From assembly GCA_035490535.1 (NCBI GenBank), contig DATHCP010000018.1:628-64627 (forward strand): a stretch of 64,000 nucleotides of DNA, written 5' to 3'. The translations under genes and the position numbers were made by a program. The notes below the pieces were generated by a model. The model made no database searches, was not told the DNA's origin, and was given only the letters and a program-made list of their open reading frames with translations. This DNA comes from Actinomycetota bacterium (GTDB lineage: Bacteria; Actinomycetota; UBA4738; HRBIN12). Positions 18,845-30,774 of this stretch are shown here, piece by piece; the stretch's first letter is position 1; each line of letters starts with the position of its first letter.

Positions 18845-19726
18845 TCAGCCGCGCTCGACGTCGCGGTGGACGACCACCACCGGCAGGCCGTGCCCGCGGA
18901 AGTACCGGCCGAGCTCCTCGGCCACCACGACCGAGCGATGATGGCCGCCGGTGCAGCCGATCGAGACGGTGAGGTACGACTTCCCCTCCGCGATGAACCC
19001 GGGGACCGTGACGTCGAGCAGCTCCTCGAGCCGTTCGATGAACGGTTCGTAGGCGTCCTGCTCCTGTACGTAGCGCCGGACCCGCTCGTCGGTGCCGGGC
19101 AGGGGACGGAGCTCCGGGACCCAGTGGGGGTTCGGCAGGAAGCGGACGTCCAGCTGGAGGTCCGCGTCGCGCGGCGCGCCGTACTTGAAGCCGAACGACA
19201 CGACCGAGACCTGGATCCCCTCCTCGGGCGGCGCGTCGGCGAAGGACTCGCGGATCCGGTCCCGGAGGTCGTGCGGCGTCATCCCCGAGGTGTCGATCAC
19301 GAGGTCGGCGTCACCCCGGAGCTGCGCCAGGATCTGCCGCTCCTTGCGGATCCCCTCGACGACCCGGTCCCCCGGGGCCAGCGGATGCCGGCGGCGCGTG
19401 GCCTCGTACCGGTTCACGAGGTCGTCGTCCGAGGCCTCCAGGAACACGATCCGTGGCTCGATGTGCAGGAGCCCGAGCTCCTCGAGCGCCTTGGACAGCT
19501 CCCCGAAGAACACGCCGCCGCGCGCGTCCACGACGATCGCGACCCGCGCCGGGCCGCCCGGTCGCGTGGTGAGCTCGGCCATCTTCGGCAGCAGCGCCGG
19601 CGGGAGGTTGTCCACGACGAAGTACCCGAGGTCCTCGAGGCTGTGCGCGGTCTCGGACCGTCCGGCTCCCGAGAGGCCGGTGATGATCGTGAAGCCGATC
19701 GTGCGGCGTTCGTCACGATCGCTCAT
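18845..19726 (-). CDS. rapZ: RNase adapter protein RapZ (YvcJ)
   Basis: MSDRDERRTIGFTIITGLSGAGRSE P-loop, DxRFLPNPHW and GCTGGHHRS C-terminal motifs; ATG overlaps the uvrC stop (ATGA). The 921 aa track ORF is this gene plus an out-of-frame extension over uvrC. Confidence 0.9.
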   Translation of the reverse strand: MSDRDERRTIGFTIITGLSGAGRSETAHSLEDLGYFVVDNLPPALLPKMAELTTRPGGPARVAIVVDARGGVFFGELSKALEELGLLHIEPRIVFLEASDDDLVNRYEATRRRHPLAPGDRVVEGIRKERQILAQLRGDADLVIDTSGMTPHDLRDRIRESFADAPPEEGIQVSVVSFGFKYGAPRDADLQLDVRFLPNPHWVPELRPLPGTDERVRRYVQEQDAYEPFIERLEELLDVTVPGFIAEGKSYLTVSIGCTGGHHRSVVVAEELGRYFRGHGLPVVVVHRDVERG

Positions 19727-21600
19727 GCGCTCACCCGGCTCCGCTCTGCCGGCGCGTGCAGGTGCTCGGCGATCGCCCGCGACAGCTCGGGTCCCACACC
19801 CGGCGTCGCCGCGATCTCCTCCGGGGTCGCGGCGCGCAGCCTGGCCAGCGAACCGAACCGCCGCAGCAGCGCCTTCTTCCGAGCCGGCCCCACACCCGGC
19901 ACATCGTCCAGCGGTGAGCGCAGCGCGCGCTTCTCGCGCTGCTGGCGGTGGAACCCGACCGCGGTGCGGTGCGCCTCGTCGCGGATGTGCTGCAGGACGA
20001 ACAGCGCCTCGGAGCCGCGCGGGATCAGTAGCGGGTCGGGGCGGTCGGGGAAGTAGACCTCCTCCAAGCGCTTCGCGAGCCCCACGTGCGGGATCGACAG
20101 GCCCAGCTCGGCCAGCACCGCGGTGGCCTGCGCGAGCTGGCCGCGGCCGCCGTCGACCACGACCAGGGCCGGCGGATAGGAGAACCGGCGCGGCCGTTCT
20201 CCCGGCGGCCGGTCCCGCTCGGCGAGGAGCCGCGTGAACCGGCGCTGGAGCATCTCGTGCATCGATGCGAAGTCGTCCTGGCCCTGCACGCCGTGGATCC
20301 GGAACTTCCGGTAGTCGGAGCGCTTCGGCAGGCCGTCCTCGAAGACCACCATCGAGCCGACCTTGTCCGACGGGCCGAGGTTCGAGATGTCGTAGGCCTC
20401 GATCCGCAGCGGCGCCTGCGGGAGGCCGAGCTGGTCCGCCAGCTCGGCCAGCGCCCGCGACCGCGCGCCGAAGTCCGAAGCCCTGCGGAGCTTGTGCCGG
20501 TGGAACGCCTCGTCCGCGTTGCTGGTGACGACCTCGAGGAGCTTCCGCTTCGCGCCGCGCGCCGGAACCGCGATCCGGACCGGGCCGCCACGGCGCCCCG
20601 CGAGCCACGTCTCCAGCAGCTCGGCGTCGGCCGGCTGGGTCGGCACGAGCACGCGCGGAGGAACCTCGGCGCGCTCCATGTAGAGCTGCTCGAGGAACGA
20701 GGCGAGCAGCTGCGGGCGGTCGAGGTCCTCGACGCGGTCGACGACCCAGCCCTTGCGCCCCAGCACGCGCCCGCCGCGGACGAAGAACACCTGGAACCCG
20801 GCCTCGAGATCGTCCTCCGCCACGCCCACCACGTCGAGCGCGTCGCCGGTGGACAGCACCATCTCCTGACGCTCGAGCGCCCTGTGGGCCGCGAAGAGCT
20901 GGTCGCGGAGCTTCGCCGCCTGCTCGAACTCCTGGCGATCCGACGCCTCGGCCATCTCCTGCTCGAGCCGGCGAAGGACCGGGCGGGCGTTCCCGGCCAG
21001 GAAGTCCGCCATCGCATCGACGTGGGCTCGGTAGGACCCCTGCGTCGCGCCGGTGGCCGAGGGGACGCACGGCCCCGCGCACCGGCCGATGTCGTAGTAG
21101 AGGCACGGCCGCTTCGCGCGTGCCCGCTGGTCGAAGAACGCGTTCGAGCACGTGCGGACCGGGAAGACCCGCGTGAGGGCGTCGAGCGTGTCGCGGATCG
21201 CCCACGCGTGTCCGTACGGCCCGAAGTACCGCACCCCCTTGCGCTTGGCCCCCCGCAGGACCTGGGCCCGCGGCCAGGTCTCCCCGACCGTGAGCGCCAG
21301 GTACGGATAGGACTTGTCGTCGCGGTAGCGGATGTTGAACCGCGGGCGGTGGGTCTGGATCAGGTTGTACTCGAGCATCAACGCGTCGACCTCGCCCGAA
21401 GCGACGATCCACTCCACGGAGGCGGCGGCCTGGGTCATCGCCTCGGTCCGAGCATGGAGGGGCCGTCCCCAGTACGAGACGAGGCGTTTCCGGAGGGAGG
21501 CGGCCTTGCCCACGTAGATCACGCGGCCGTCGGCGTCCCGGAAGAGGTAGGCGCCGGGGACGTCGGGGATGCTCGACGGGGCCGGGCGCGGGATGCTCAC
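19723..21600 (-). CDS. uvrC: Excinuclease ABC subunit C
   Basis: GIY-YIG N-terminus (PGAYLFRDADGRVIYVGKA...YPYL), UvrBC domain, C-terminal HhH; GTG start. Confidence 0.92.
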   Translation of the reverse strand: MSIPRPAPSSIPDVPGAYLFRDADGRVIYVGKAASLRKRLVSYWGRPLHARTEAMTQAAASVEWIVASGEVDALMLEYNLIQTHRPRFNIRYRDDKSYPYLALTVGETWPRAQVLRGAKRKGVRYFGPYGHAWAIRDTLDALTRVFPVRTCSNAFFDQRARAKRPCLYYDIGRCAGPCVPSATGATQGSYRAHVDAMADFLAGNARPVLRRLEQEMAEASDRQEFEQAAKLRDQLFAAHRALERQEMVLSTGDALDVVGVAEDDLEAGFQVFFVRGGRVLGRKGWVVDRVEDLDRPQLLASFLEQLYMERAEVPPRVLVPTQPADAELLETWLAGRRGGPVRIAVPARGAKRKLLEVVTSNADEAFHRHKLRRASDFGARSRALAELADQLGLPQAPLRIEAYDISNLGPSDKVGSMVVFEDGLPKRSDYRKFRIHGVQGQDDFASMHEMLQRRFTRLLAERDRPPGERPRRFSYPPALVVVDGGRGQLAQATAVLAELGLSIPHVGLAKRLEEVYFPDRPDPLLIPRGSEALFVLQHIRDEAHRTAVGFHRQQREKRALRSPLDDVPGVGPARKKALLRRFGSLARLRAATPEEIAATPGVGPELSRAIAEHLHAPAERSRVSA

Positions 21601-21658
21601 GTCCGCCCATGCTAGCGGCGCCCGGCGACGCGCCCGTGAAGGTCCGGTGTTCCGGCGG

Positions 21659-23308
21659 CTACTTCGCGCCGGTGACCACGGCGAGCGTTCCGATCATCGT
21701 CGTGGGGTGGAACTCGCAGTGGAAGTAGTAGTCGCCGGCCGAGAGGCTCTTGACGTCGTAGTTCACCTTCGCCGGGCCGAGGACCGGGTCGCCCGTGAAC
21801 AGCGCGCTGCTCGGGTTCGAAACGTCGGCCGCGGTCTTGAAGATCACGATGTTGTGGGGGCCGGTGGCGCTCGCGGGGTCCTGGTTATCGAAATCGATCA
21901 CGAAGGACTTCCCCGCGTCGGCGACGAGGCACGCCTCCTGGAACGCGGTCCCCTTGGCCACCTCGGTCAACGACACCTTCTTGTCCTTCCCGCAGCCCGC
22001 GGGTGTCGTCGGGGCGATGCTCAAGGTCAGCGACGGACTCGGGTTCGCGAGGAGCAAATCCTTGTTCTCCCCGAGCGAACCGACCATGAGGTTCTGGGTC
22101 GTGGCGTTGTACCAACTGAGGATCGTGCCCCGGCTGCCGACCGCGAGCGCAGGCGCGGAGCCCGAGGCGGTCCCCGGCGTCGACACCGGGGCGAACGTGT
22201 CGGTTCCCGAGACGAGCACGACGCCCTTGTCCTTGTCGTCCCATGCCACCCAGATCGTCTTGTCGTCGGCAGTGACCGCGGTCCGAGGCGCGGCCGTCCC
22301 GGTCGCCTGGGGGTCGGGGTTCGGCGCGGTCCCGGCGTCCTTCACGGTCCAGGCCCCGCCTTGTCCCACGGCGACGTGCACCGCTCCGTCGCCCGTGAAG
22401 TAGGCGGCGTAGGCCTTGCCGCCGGAAGCCGATACCGACAGGCCGTCGCCGGTCACGCCGCTCTCCACCGTCGCGAGTACCCAGGTCCCGCCGGTCAGGG
22501 TCGCGCTCTCGACCATCCGCTTCCCGGCGTCAGCGAAGATCACCTGCGGCGATCCCCCGCTCATCACGATCCCGGTCGGCGCGGGCCGGGCGCACCCGTT
22601 GCAGGTCCCGGTCTTGGCGACCGTCTGGACCTTCCAGGCCTGGCCCGTCTTCGTGGCGACCGAGATGTCGACCCCCGTGCCCGTATCCACGGCGAACGCG
22701 ATCATCGGGTTACCGTCGGGATCCAGCGCGATCCCCGGCTGCGAGACGGGGCCCGCCTTCGACAGGTCGGCGCCGTAGGAGAAGACCTGCTCCACCGTTG
22801 CGGATCCGGTGAGCGTCGTGGTTCCGTAGTCGACCGTTCCCCCCGCGGTCCACGCGGCGTGGATCGTGCCGTCGGAGGCCATCGCGATCGCGGTGCCGTT
22901 CGCGTTGTCCTCGGTCAGCGGGAGCTTCGTCGTGCTCACCGGCCCGAACGGGATGTTGACCCCCGCGGGGACGGCCGCCGGTTTCGTCTGATCGATCGCG
23001 CCGTGGAGCCAGATCCCTTGCTGGGTGACCGTCGTCAGCAGGACGGCCGGCACGTAAGGCGATCCGATCGGCCGCGGGATCGCGATCTGGCCTTTCTGCA
23101 CCACGCCGGGGAACCCGAAGTAGGTCACGTACGGGAGGCCGTTGCTGTCCACCGCGACCGCGGAGCCGAGGCCCACGTTGTCCAGGGTGTCGGCCACCAT
23201 CGGAACGAAGCTGGTGTTGAGATCGACGGAGGTCGCCGTTGCGGCGGAGGCGCACGCGCCGGCGAGCAGCGCCAGACCGGCGATCAGAGCGATGGGTCGC
23301 TTCGACAC
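21659..23308 (-). CDS. Predicted lipoprotein: N-terminal BNR/Asp-box-like beta-propeller fused to a C-terminal plastocyanin-like (type-1 copper) cupredoxin domain
   Basis: Lipobox LLAGAC after MSKRPIALIAG. About 6 degenerate repeats (ASDGTIHAAW, DPDGNPMIAF, ADDKTIWVAWD, GSRGTILSWY...). C-terminus GPHNIVIF ... YYFHCEFHPTTMIG matches the His...Cys-x2-His-x4-Met blue-copper ligand set. GTG start. Confidence 0.8.
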   Translation of the reverse strand: MSKRPIALIAGLALLAGACASAATATSVDLNTSFVPMVADTLDNVGLGSAVAVDSNGLPYVTYFGFPGVVQKGQIAIPRPIGSPYVPAVLLTTVTQQGIWLHGAIDQTKPAAVPAGVNIPFGPVSTTKLPLTEDNANGTAIAMASDGTIHAAWTAGGTVDYGTTTLTGSATVEQVFSYGADLSKAGPVSQPGIALDPDGNPMIAFAVDTGTGVDISVATKTGQAWKVQTVAKTGTCNGCARPAPTGIVMSGGSPQVIFADAGKRMVESATLTGGTWVLATVESGVTGDGLSVSASGGKAYAAYFTGDGAVHVAVGQGGAWTVKDAGTAPNPDPQATGTAAPRTAVTADDKTIWVAWDDKDKGVVLVSGTDTFAPVSTPGTASGSAPALAVGSRGTILSWYNATTQNLMVGSLGENKDLLLANPSPSLTLSIAPTTPAGCGKDKKVSLTEVAKGTAFQEACLVADAGKSFVIDFDNQDPASATGPHNIVIFKTAADVSNPSSALFTGDPVLGPAKVNYDVKSLSAGDYYFHCEFHPTTMIGTLAVVTGAK

Positions 23309-23335
23309 GTCGGCGCGGATACTACCAACCGATCC

Positions 23336-26209
<2,874 letters not shown>

Positions 26210-26273
26210 GCCGGACGAGTGTAGCGGCCACCCCGGACACGCCCGATCCGCGGCCTCGGTAGGCTTGCGGCCC

Positions 26274-28268
26274 ATGGAACGCGACCTCCGCGAGACCCCC
26301 GCGTATCGGGAGGTCGAGGCGTTCTTCCGCGCCTGCCTCGAGCCCGGCTTCGGGGCGGTCACCGGCCTCGGGACCCCCGAGGCGTCTCCGGATGGGCGGC
26401 TCGTCGCGTTCCCCGGCGAGGTGCTGGCCGGGTTCGAGGGGCACGAGCGGAGCCGGATCTGCCTGGCCGCGGCCGACGGCTCGGGCTGGCGCACGATCAC
26501 CGCCGGGCCGAACGACGATGTCCAGCCCCGGTGGTCCCCGGACGGCTCGACCCTGACCTTCCTCTCCGACCGGCTCCAGGAGGGCCGCCTGCAGGTCTAC
26601 GCGCTGGACGCACGGACCTTCGGCGAGGCCCGCCGGCTCGGCGACGTCGCGGGCGTGGTCGAGCACCACCGGTGGTCGCCCGACGGGACCCGGTTGTTGC
26701 TCGTGGTCGCCGGGGAGCACGCGGAGCAGGCCGACGCGCTCGGGTCGGGGACGCTCGGGCGCGGTGACGCGGCCGCGCCGGGCTGGCTGCCGGACGTCGA
26801 GTCCACCGACGAGGCCGACGAGTGGCGCCGCCTGTGGGTCCTCGACGCCGTGACCGGCGAAGCGCGATGCATCTCGGCGGAGGGCCGCAACGTCTGGGAG
26901 GCGTCCTGGCTGGGCGACGACGCCGCGGCGGCGATCGTCTCCGGCGCGCCCGGGGAGGGCGCCTGGTACGGCGCCGAGCTCGCGGTGATCGACGTTGTCG
27001 ACGGCTCCGAGCGGACCGCGCTGACCAGCGACATCCAGCTGAACTTCGCCGAGGGGTCGCCCGACGGTCGGACCGTCGCGGTGATCGAGGCGCTGTGCAG
27101 CGACCGGTACGTGGCCGCCGGCGACCTCGTGCTGGTGGACGCCGGCTCCGGCGAACGCCGCACGGTCGACGCCGGACCGGTGGACGTGTCGTGGACCCGC
27201 TGGACCGACGACGGGATCTTCGCGATCGGCCTTGAGGGGATGGACGCGGTCGCCCTGCACGTCGATCCGTCGACCGGCGCCGCGCACGAGCTCTGGCGGA
27301 CCGGCGAGGGTGTCGGCGACTACCAGCCGGCCGGCTCCCCCCTCCCCGGCGGCGGCTTCGCCGTGGCCGTCGCGAGCGCCCGGCGGCCGCCGGCGATCGT
27401 CGCGGTCCACGACGGCGCCGAACGGGAGCTCGCCGCAACCGACCACGCCGGCCGCGCCGAGTCGATCCGCCACCTCGGCCGCTCGGAGCGGATCTCCTGG
27501 GACGCGCCCGACGGGCTGCGGATCGATGGCCTGGTGCGGACGCCCGCGGGCGTCGGTCCGTTCCCGCTGATCCTGTTGGTGCATGGCGGGCCGGTCGGCG
27601 CGGTCACCGAGGGGTGGCTGGGAACGACGCAAGCCCTCCTGCTGTCGAAGGGCTACGCGATCCTGATGCCGAACCCGCGGGGCTCCAGCGGCCGCGGGCG
27701 GCATTTCGCCGAACGGGTGGTCGGCGACATGGGCGGTGACGATGCGAAGGACCTCCTGGCGGGCGTGGACGCCGTCGTCGCGGCCGGCGTCGCCGACCCC
27801 GATCGGATCGGGATCTACGGCGGAAGCTACGGCGGCTTCATGGCGGCCTGGCTGCCGGCGCAGGACCCGCGGTTCCGGGCGGCGGTCTCGATCAGCCCGG
27901 TGACGGACTGGTACTCCGAGCACTTCAACTCGAGCCTGATCGACTGGGTCGGCGACTTCCTCCGGGACGTGCCCGAGGAACCCGGCGGCCAGCACCACCT
28001 CCGGAGCCCCGTTCTGATGGGCGAGACGTTGCGCACCCCCACCCTGCTGACGGCCGGCCGGAACGACCGCGCCACGCCGCCCGGTCAGGCCGTCGAGATG
28101 TTCCGGGCGCTGCGCGCCCGCGGGATCCCGGCCGAGGTGGTCGTGTACCCCGACGAGGGCCACGGCGTCCGGGACTTCCCCGCCGTCCTCGACCTCACGA
28201 CGCGCACGCTGGGCTGGTTCGAGCGGTACCTGAAGCCCGCCGGGGGCGCCGGCACCCCCGTGCGCTAG
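26274..28268 (+). CDS. S9-family serine peptidase (prolyl oligopeptidase/acylaminoacyl-peptidase type) with N-terminal beta-propeller
   Basis: WSPDG-containing propeller repeats; catalytic domain with GGSYGG nucleophile elbow, conserved Asp and His (DEGHG) near the C-terminus. Only ATG start in frame is at 26274. Confidence 0.85.
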   Translation: MERDLRETPAYREVEAFFRACLEPGFGAVTGLGTPEASPDGRLVAFPGEVLAGFEGHERSRICLAAADGSGWRTITAGPNDDVQPRWSPDGSTLTFLSDRLQEGRLQVYALDARTFGEARRLGDVAGVVEHHRWSPDGTRLLLVVAGEHAEQADALGSGTLGRGDAAAPGWLPDVESTDEADEWRRLWVLDAVTGEARCISAEGRNVWEASWLGDDAAAAIVSGAPGEGAWYGAELAVIDVVDGSERTALTSDIQLNFAEGSPDGRTVAVIEALCSDRYVAAGDLVLVDAGSGERRTVDAGPVDVSWTRWTDDGIFAIGLEGMDAVALHVDPSTGAAHELWRTGEGVGDYQPAGSPLPGGGFAVAVASARRPPAIVAVHDGAERELAATDHAGRAESIRHLGRSERISWDAPDGLRIDGLVRTPAGVGPFPLILLVHGGPVGAVTEGWLGTTQALLLSKGYAILMPNPRGSSGRGRHFAERVVGDMGGDDAKDLLAGVDAVVAAGVADPDRIGIYGGSYGGFMAAWLPAQDPRFRAAVSISPVTDWYSEHFNSSLIDWVGDFLRDVPEEPGGQHHLRSPVLMGETLRTPTLLTAGRNDRATPPGQAVEMFRALRARGIPAEVVVYPDEGHGVRDFPAVLDLTTRTLGWFERYLKPAGGAGTPVR

Positions 28269-28277
28269 GCTCCGCCC

Positions 28278-28556
28278 GTGCGCACCCGGGACGAGCTCGA
28301 GGCGATGCCGATCAAGGATCTCCACGACCTGGCGATCGAGACCGCGAAGCACCACGTCGACGTCGCCTTCCTGTGGGATCTGGTGAAGGCGCTCCCGGTC
28401 GCGGAGGAGGTGATCGGGGACGACCAGCGCTCGAAGGTCGACATCGTGCACCCGCTCGCCCTGATCAACGACGTCCTGTACGACGCCGACTCGGGTGAGG
28501 TCGGCGAGGCGCTGCGGCCGCTCTATGTCGACTACCTGCTGGACAAGGGCGTCTGA
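28278..28556 (+). CDS. Hypothetical small protein (92 aa)
   Basis: GTG 10 nt after the peptidase stop; alternative ATG (MPIKDL) 9 codons in; balanced composition; no family recognised. Confidence 0.5.
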   Translation: MRTRDELEAMPIKDLHDLAIETAKHHVDVAFLWDLVKALPVAEEVIGDDQRSKVDIVHPLALINDVLYDADSGEVGEALRPLYVDYLLDKGV

Positions 28557-28564
28557 GCGCCGAG

Positions 28565-29725
28565 ATGGCGCGCGACCTCGCCGGCTACCGCAACGAGTTC
28601 GAGGTGGTCCGCCGCAAGGCGTACCTGATCAGCGCGTCGCTGGGCCCGGTCGGCGACCGGTCACGCCGCTACCTGCAGGACTACGTCGAAGCCTGGGCGC
28701 GCAAGGGCGCGCCCGACCACGTCTGGTTCGAGGACATCTTCCCCGCGATGGGGAGACTGAAGCGAGCCTTCGCCGCGCTCGTCGGCTGCGACGCCGACGA
28801 GGTCGCCCTGACGACGAACGTGTCGATCGCGCTGGCCACGGTCGCCTCGTGCCTGGATCTGACCGCCGACCGGAACCGGATCGTGCTGTCGGAGCTGGAC
28901 TTCCCCACCGACGGGCACGTGTGGCGGGCGTGGGCCGACCGCGCCGGCGCCGAGCTCGTGTTCCTGCGCTCCCCCGACGGGCGCACCCTGCCGCTCGAGC
29001 GCTACGACGAGGCGATCGACGAACGCACGGCCCTCGTGATGGTGAACCGGGTCCTGTACCGCTCGAGCGCGATCGTCGACGCCGCCGCGATCTGCGCGAT
29101 CGCCCGGAGCCGGGGAGCGCTCAGCTTCGTCGACGACTACCACGGGATCGGCGTCCTGCCGCTGGACCTCCACGCCCTCGGATGCGATCTGTACGCCGCC
29201 GGCACGCTGAAGTTCCTGTGCGGGGGACCGGGCTGCGTGTTCCTCTACGCTCGCCGCGATCTCCTGCCGTCCCTGCGCCCCACGATCACCGGCTGGTTCG
29301 GCACCGCCGAGCCGTTCTCGTTCGACACCGAGCACCTCATCTACCACCCGAGTGCGCGGCGCCTGGAGCACGGAACCCCGCCGGCCCCCGTCTATCCGAT
29401 CGCCCAGGGTGGCATCGAGGTGATCGCCGAGGTCGGGGTGCCTCGGATCCGGGAGCGGCAGTGGGAGCTGCAGGATCGCGTGATCGAGCACGCGGACGCG
29501 CTGGGGCTGGAGGTGCGGACGCCACGCGCGCGCGAGGAGCGCGGCGGCGTCGTGAACGTCCGGGTCGGAGCGGAGGCCGAGGCGATCTGCCACGCGCTGC
29601 TGGCGCGCGACGTCTGTACCGACTTCCGCGGCGACGGCTTGCGGATCAGCCCGCACTTCTTCAACGACGAGGGCGACGTCGACCGCTGCTTCGCCGAGCT
29701 CGCTCCCCTGCTCAGCCCGTCCTGA
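28565..29725 (+). CDS. Class-V-fold PLP-dependent aminotransferase (kynureninase / isopenicillin-N-epimerase / SufS-like)
   Basis: 386 aa; AYLISASLGPV N-terminus, FVDDYHGIG, and the Lys in TLKFLCGGPG, typical of the AAT class V fold. Confidence 0.82.
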   Translation: MARDLAGYRNEFEVVRRKAYLISASLGPVGDRSRRYLQDYVEAWARKGAPDHVWFEDIFPAMGRLKRAFAALVGCDADEVALTTNVSIALATVASCLDLTADRNRIVLSELDFPTDGHVWRAWADRAGAELVFLRSPDGRTLPLERYDEAIDERTALVMVNRVLYRSSAIVDAAAICAIARSRGALSFVDDYHGIGVLPLDLHALGCDLYAAGTLKFLCGGPGCVFLYARRDLLPSLRPTITGWFGTAEPFSFDTEHLIYHPSARRLEHGTPPAPVYPIAQGGIEVIAEVGVPRIRERQWELQDRVIEHADALGLEVRTPRAREERGGVVNVRVGAEAEAICHALLARDVCTDFRGDGLRISPHFFNDEGDVDRCFAELAPLLSPS

Positions 29726-29728
29726 TCC

Positions 29729-30763
29729 TCATCGATGCCGGACGACGCGGCCGGCGCGCACCACCAGCAGGAGCTCTTCGAACGCCCCGGGATCTTCGAG
29801 CGGGTCGCCGGCGACCGCCACGAGATCCGCGGGGGCGTCGAGGTCCAAGGGCGCCCGGATCATCGCGCCGAGGACCTGCTCGTTCGTCAGGCCGGCCTCG
29901 CGCAGCAGGAGCAGCTCGCGCACGTCGATGCCCGGCGGCACCGGGCCGTTGCCCAGGTCCGTGCCGTAGATCACCGTGCCGCCCGCGTCGTGGAACCGCC
30001 GGAGGTTGTCGAGCGCCGTGCGGATCTCGGGCGTGTCGCGCCCGAACGACTGGATGTCGAGGGTCGAGACGATCCGCATCCGCGCGGCCGCCATCGTCAC
30101 GACGTCTTCCGACAGCCGGTGCGTCCACGGCGTATGGGCGAGCTCGTCGACGCCGGCGCCGAGCGCGCGCTCCACCTGGCCGGCCCCCTGCGCGTGCGCG
30201 GTGACCGGCAGGCGGGCCTCACGCGCCGCCTCGCAGAGCGCCGCGAGCTCGGCGTCCCCCGGCGTGGGGCCAGCCTCGGCGTTCAGCGAGACCTTGATCG
30301 CGGTGGCCCCGGCCGCGGCCAGCTCCGCCACCGCCGCGGCCGCGTCCTCCGGTCCCGCGAGCACGCGCCCCGTGCCCGGCGGCGCCCACGACGCGCTCGT
30401 GGGGTAGCCGTCGCGGGCCGTCAGGATCGGTCCGGCGGCGCGGATCAGCGGCCCGTCGAACGTCGGCAATTCGGAGAGATCCGCGAGGGGGAAGATCCGC
30501 TCCGGCGGCCACGCCAGGTCCCGGACGGCGGTCACCCCGCCGGCGAGCACGGCGCTCGGATCGGAGAGCTCGACGTGCACGTGGCGGTCGGCCGCCGCCG
30601 GCATCAAGAAGCCGTCCACGACCACCTCGGAGTCCGCGGCCTCGATCGGGGTGGCGGTCCCCGCGTAGGTGATCACGCCGTCCTCGGCCACGACCTGCGC
30701 GTCCTCGACGAGCCGTCCGGGGCCGAGCCACGCCGTGGTCGCCCGGATGCTGAGCCGCGCCAT
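29729..30763 (-). CDS. Amidohydrolase-family metal-dependent hydrolase
   Basis: HVHVELSD (HxH), VTAHAQG, and the Asp in VIYGTDLG follow the amidohydrolase TIM-barrel pattern; convergent with the aminotransferase, stops 3 nt apart. Confidence 0.8.
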   Translation of the reverse strand: MARLSIRATTAWLGPGRLVEDAQVVAEDGVITYAGTATPIEAADSEVVVDGFLMPAAADRHVHVELSDPSAVLAGGVTAVRDLAWPPERIFPLADLSELPTFDGPLIRAAGPILTARDGYPTSASWAPPGTGRVLAGPEDAAAAVAELAAAGATAIKVSLNAEAGPTPGDAELAALCEAAREARLPVTAHAQGAGQVERALGAGVDELAHTPWTHRLSEDVVTMAAARMRIVSTLDIQSFGRDTPEIRTALDNLRRFHDAGGTVIYGTDLGNGPVPPGIDVRELLLLREAGLTNEQVLGAMIRAPLDLDAPADLVAVAGDPLEDPGAFEELLLVVRAGRVVRHR

Positions 30764-30774
30764 CGCGCGACAGG

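Noticed and set aside
18845-21610. 921 aa minus-strand ORF spanning rapZ and most of uvrC
   Set aside because: Only the last 293 codons (from the ATG at 19726) encode RapZ. The upstream 600 codons are a second frame through uvrC. The true uvrC is the 625 aa ORF 19723..21600.
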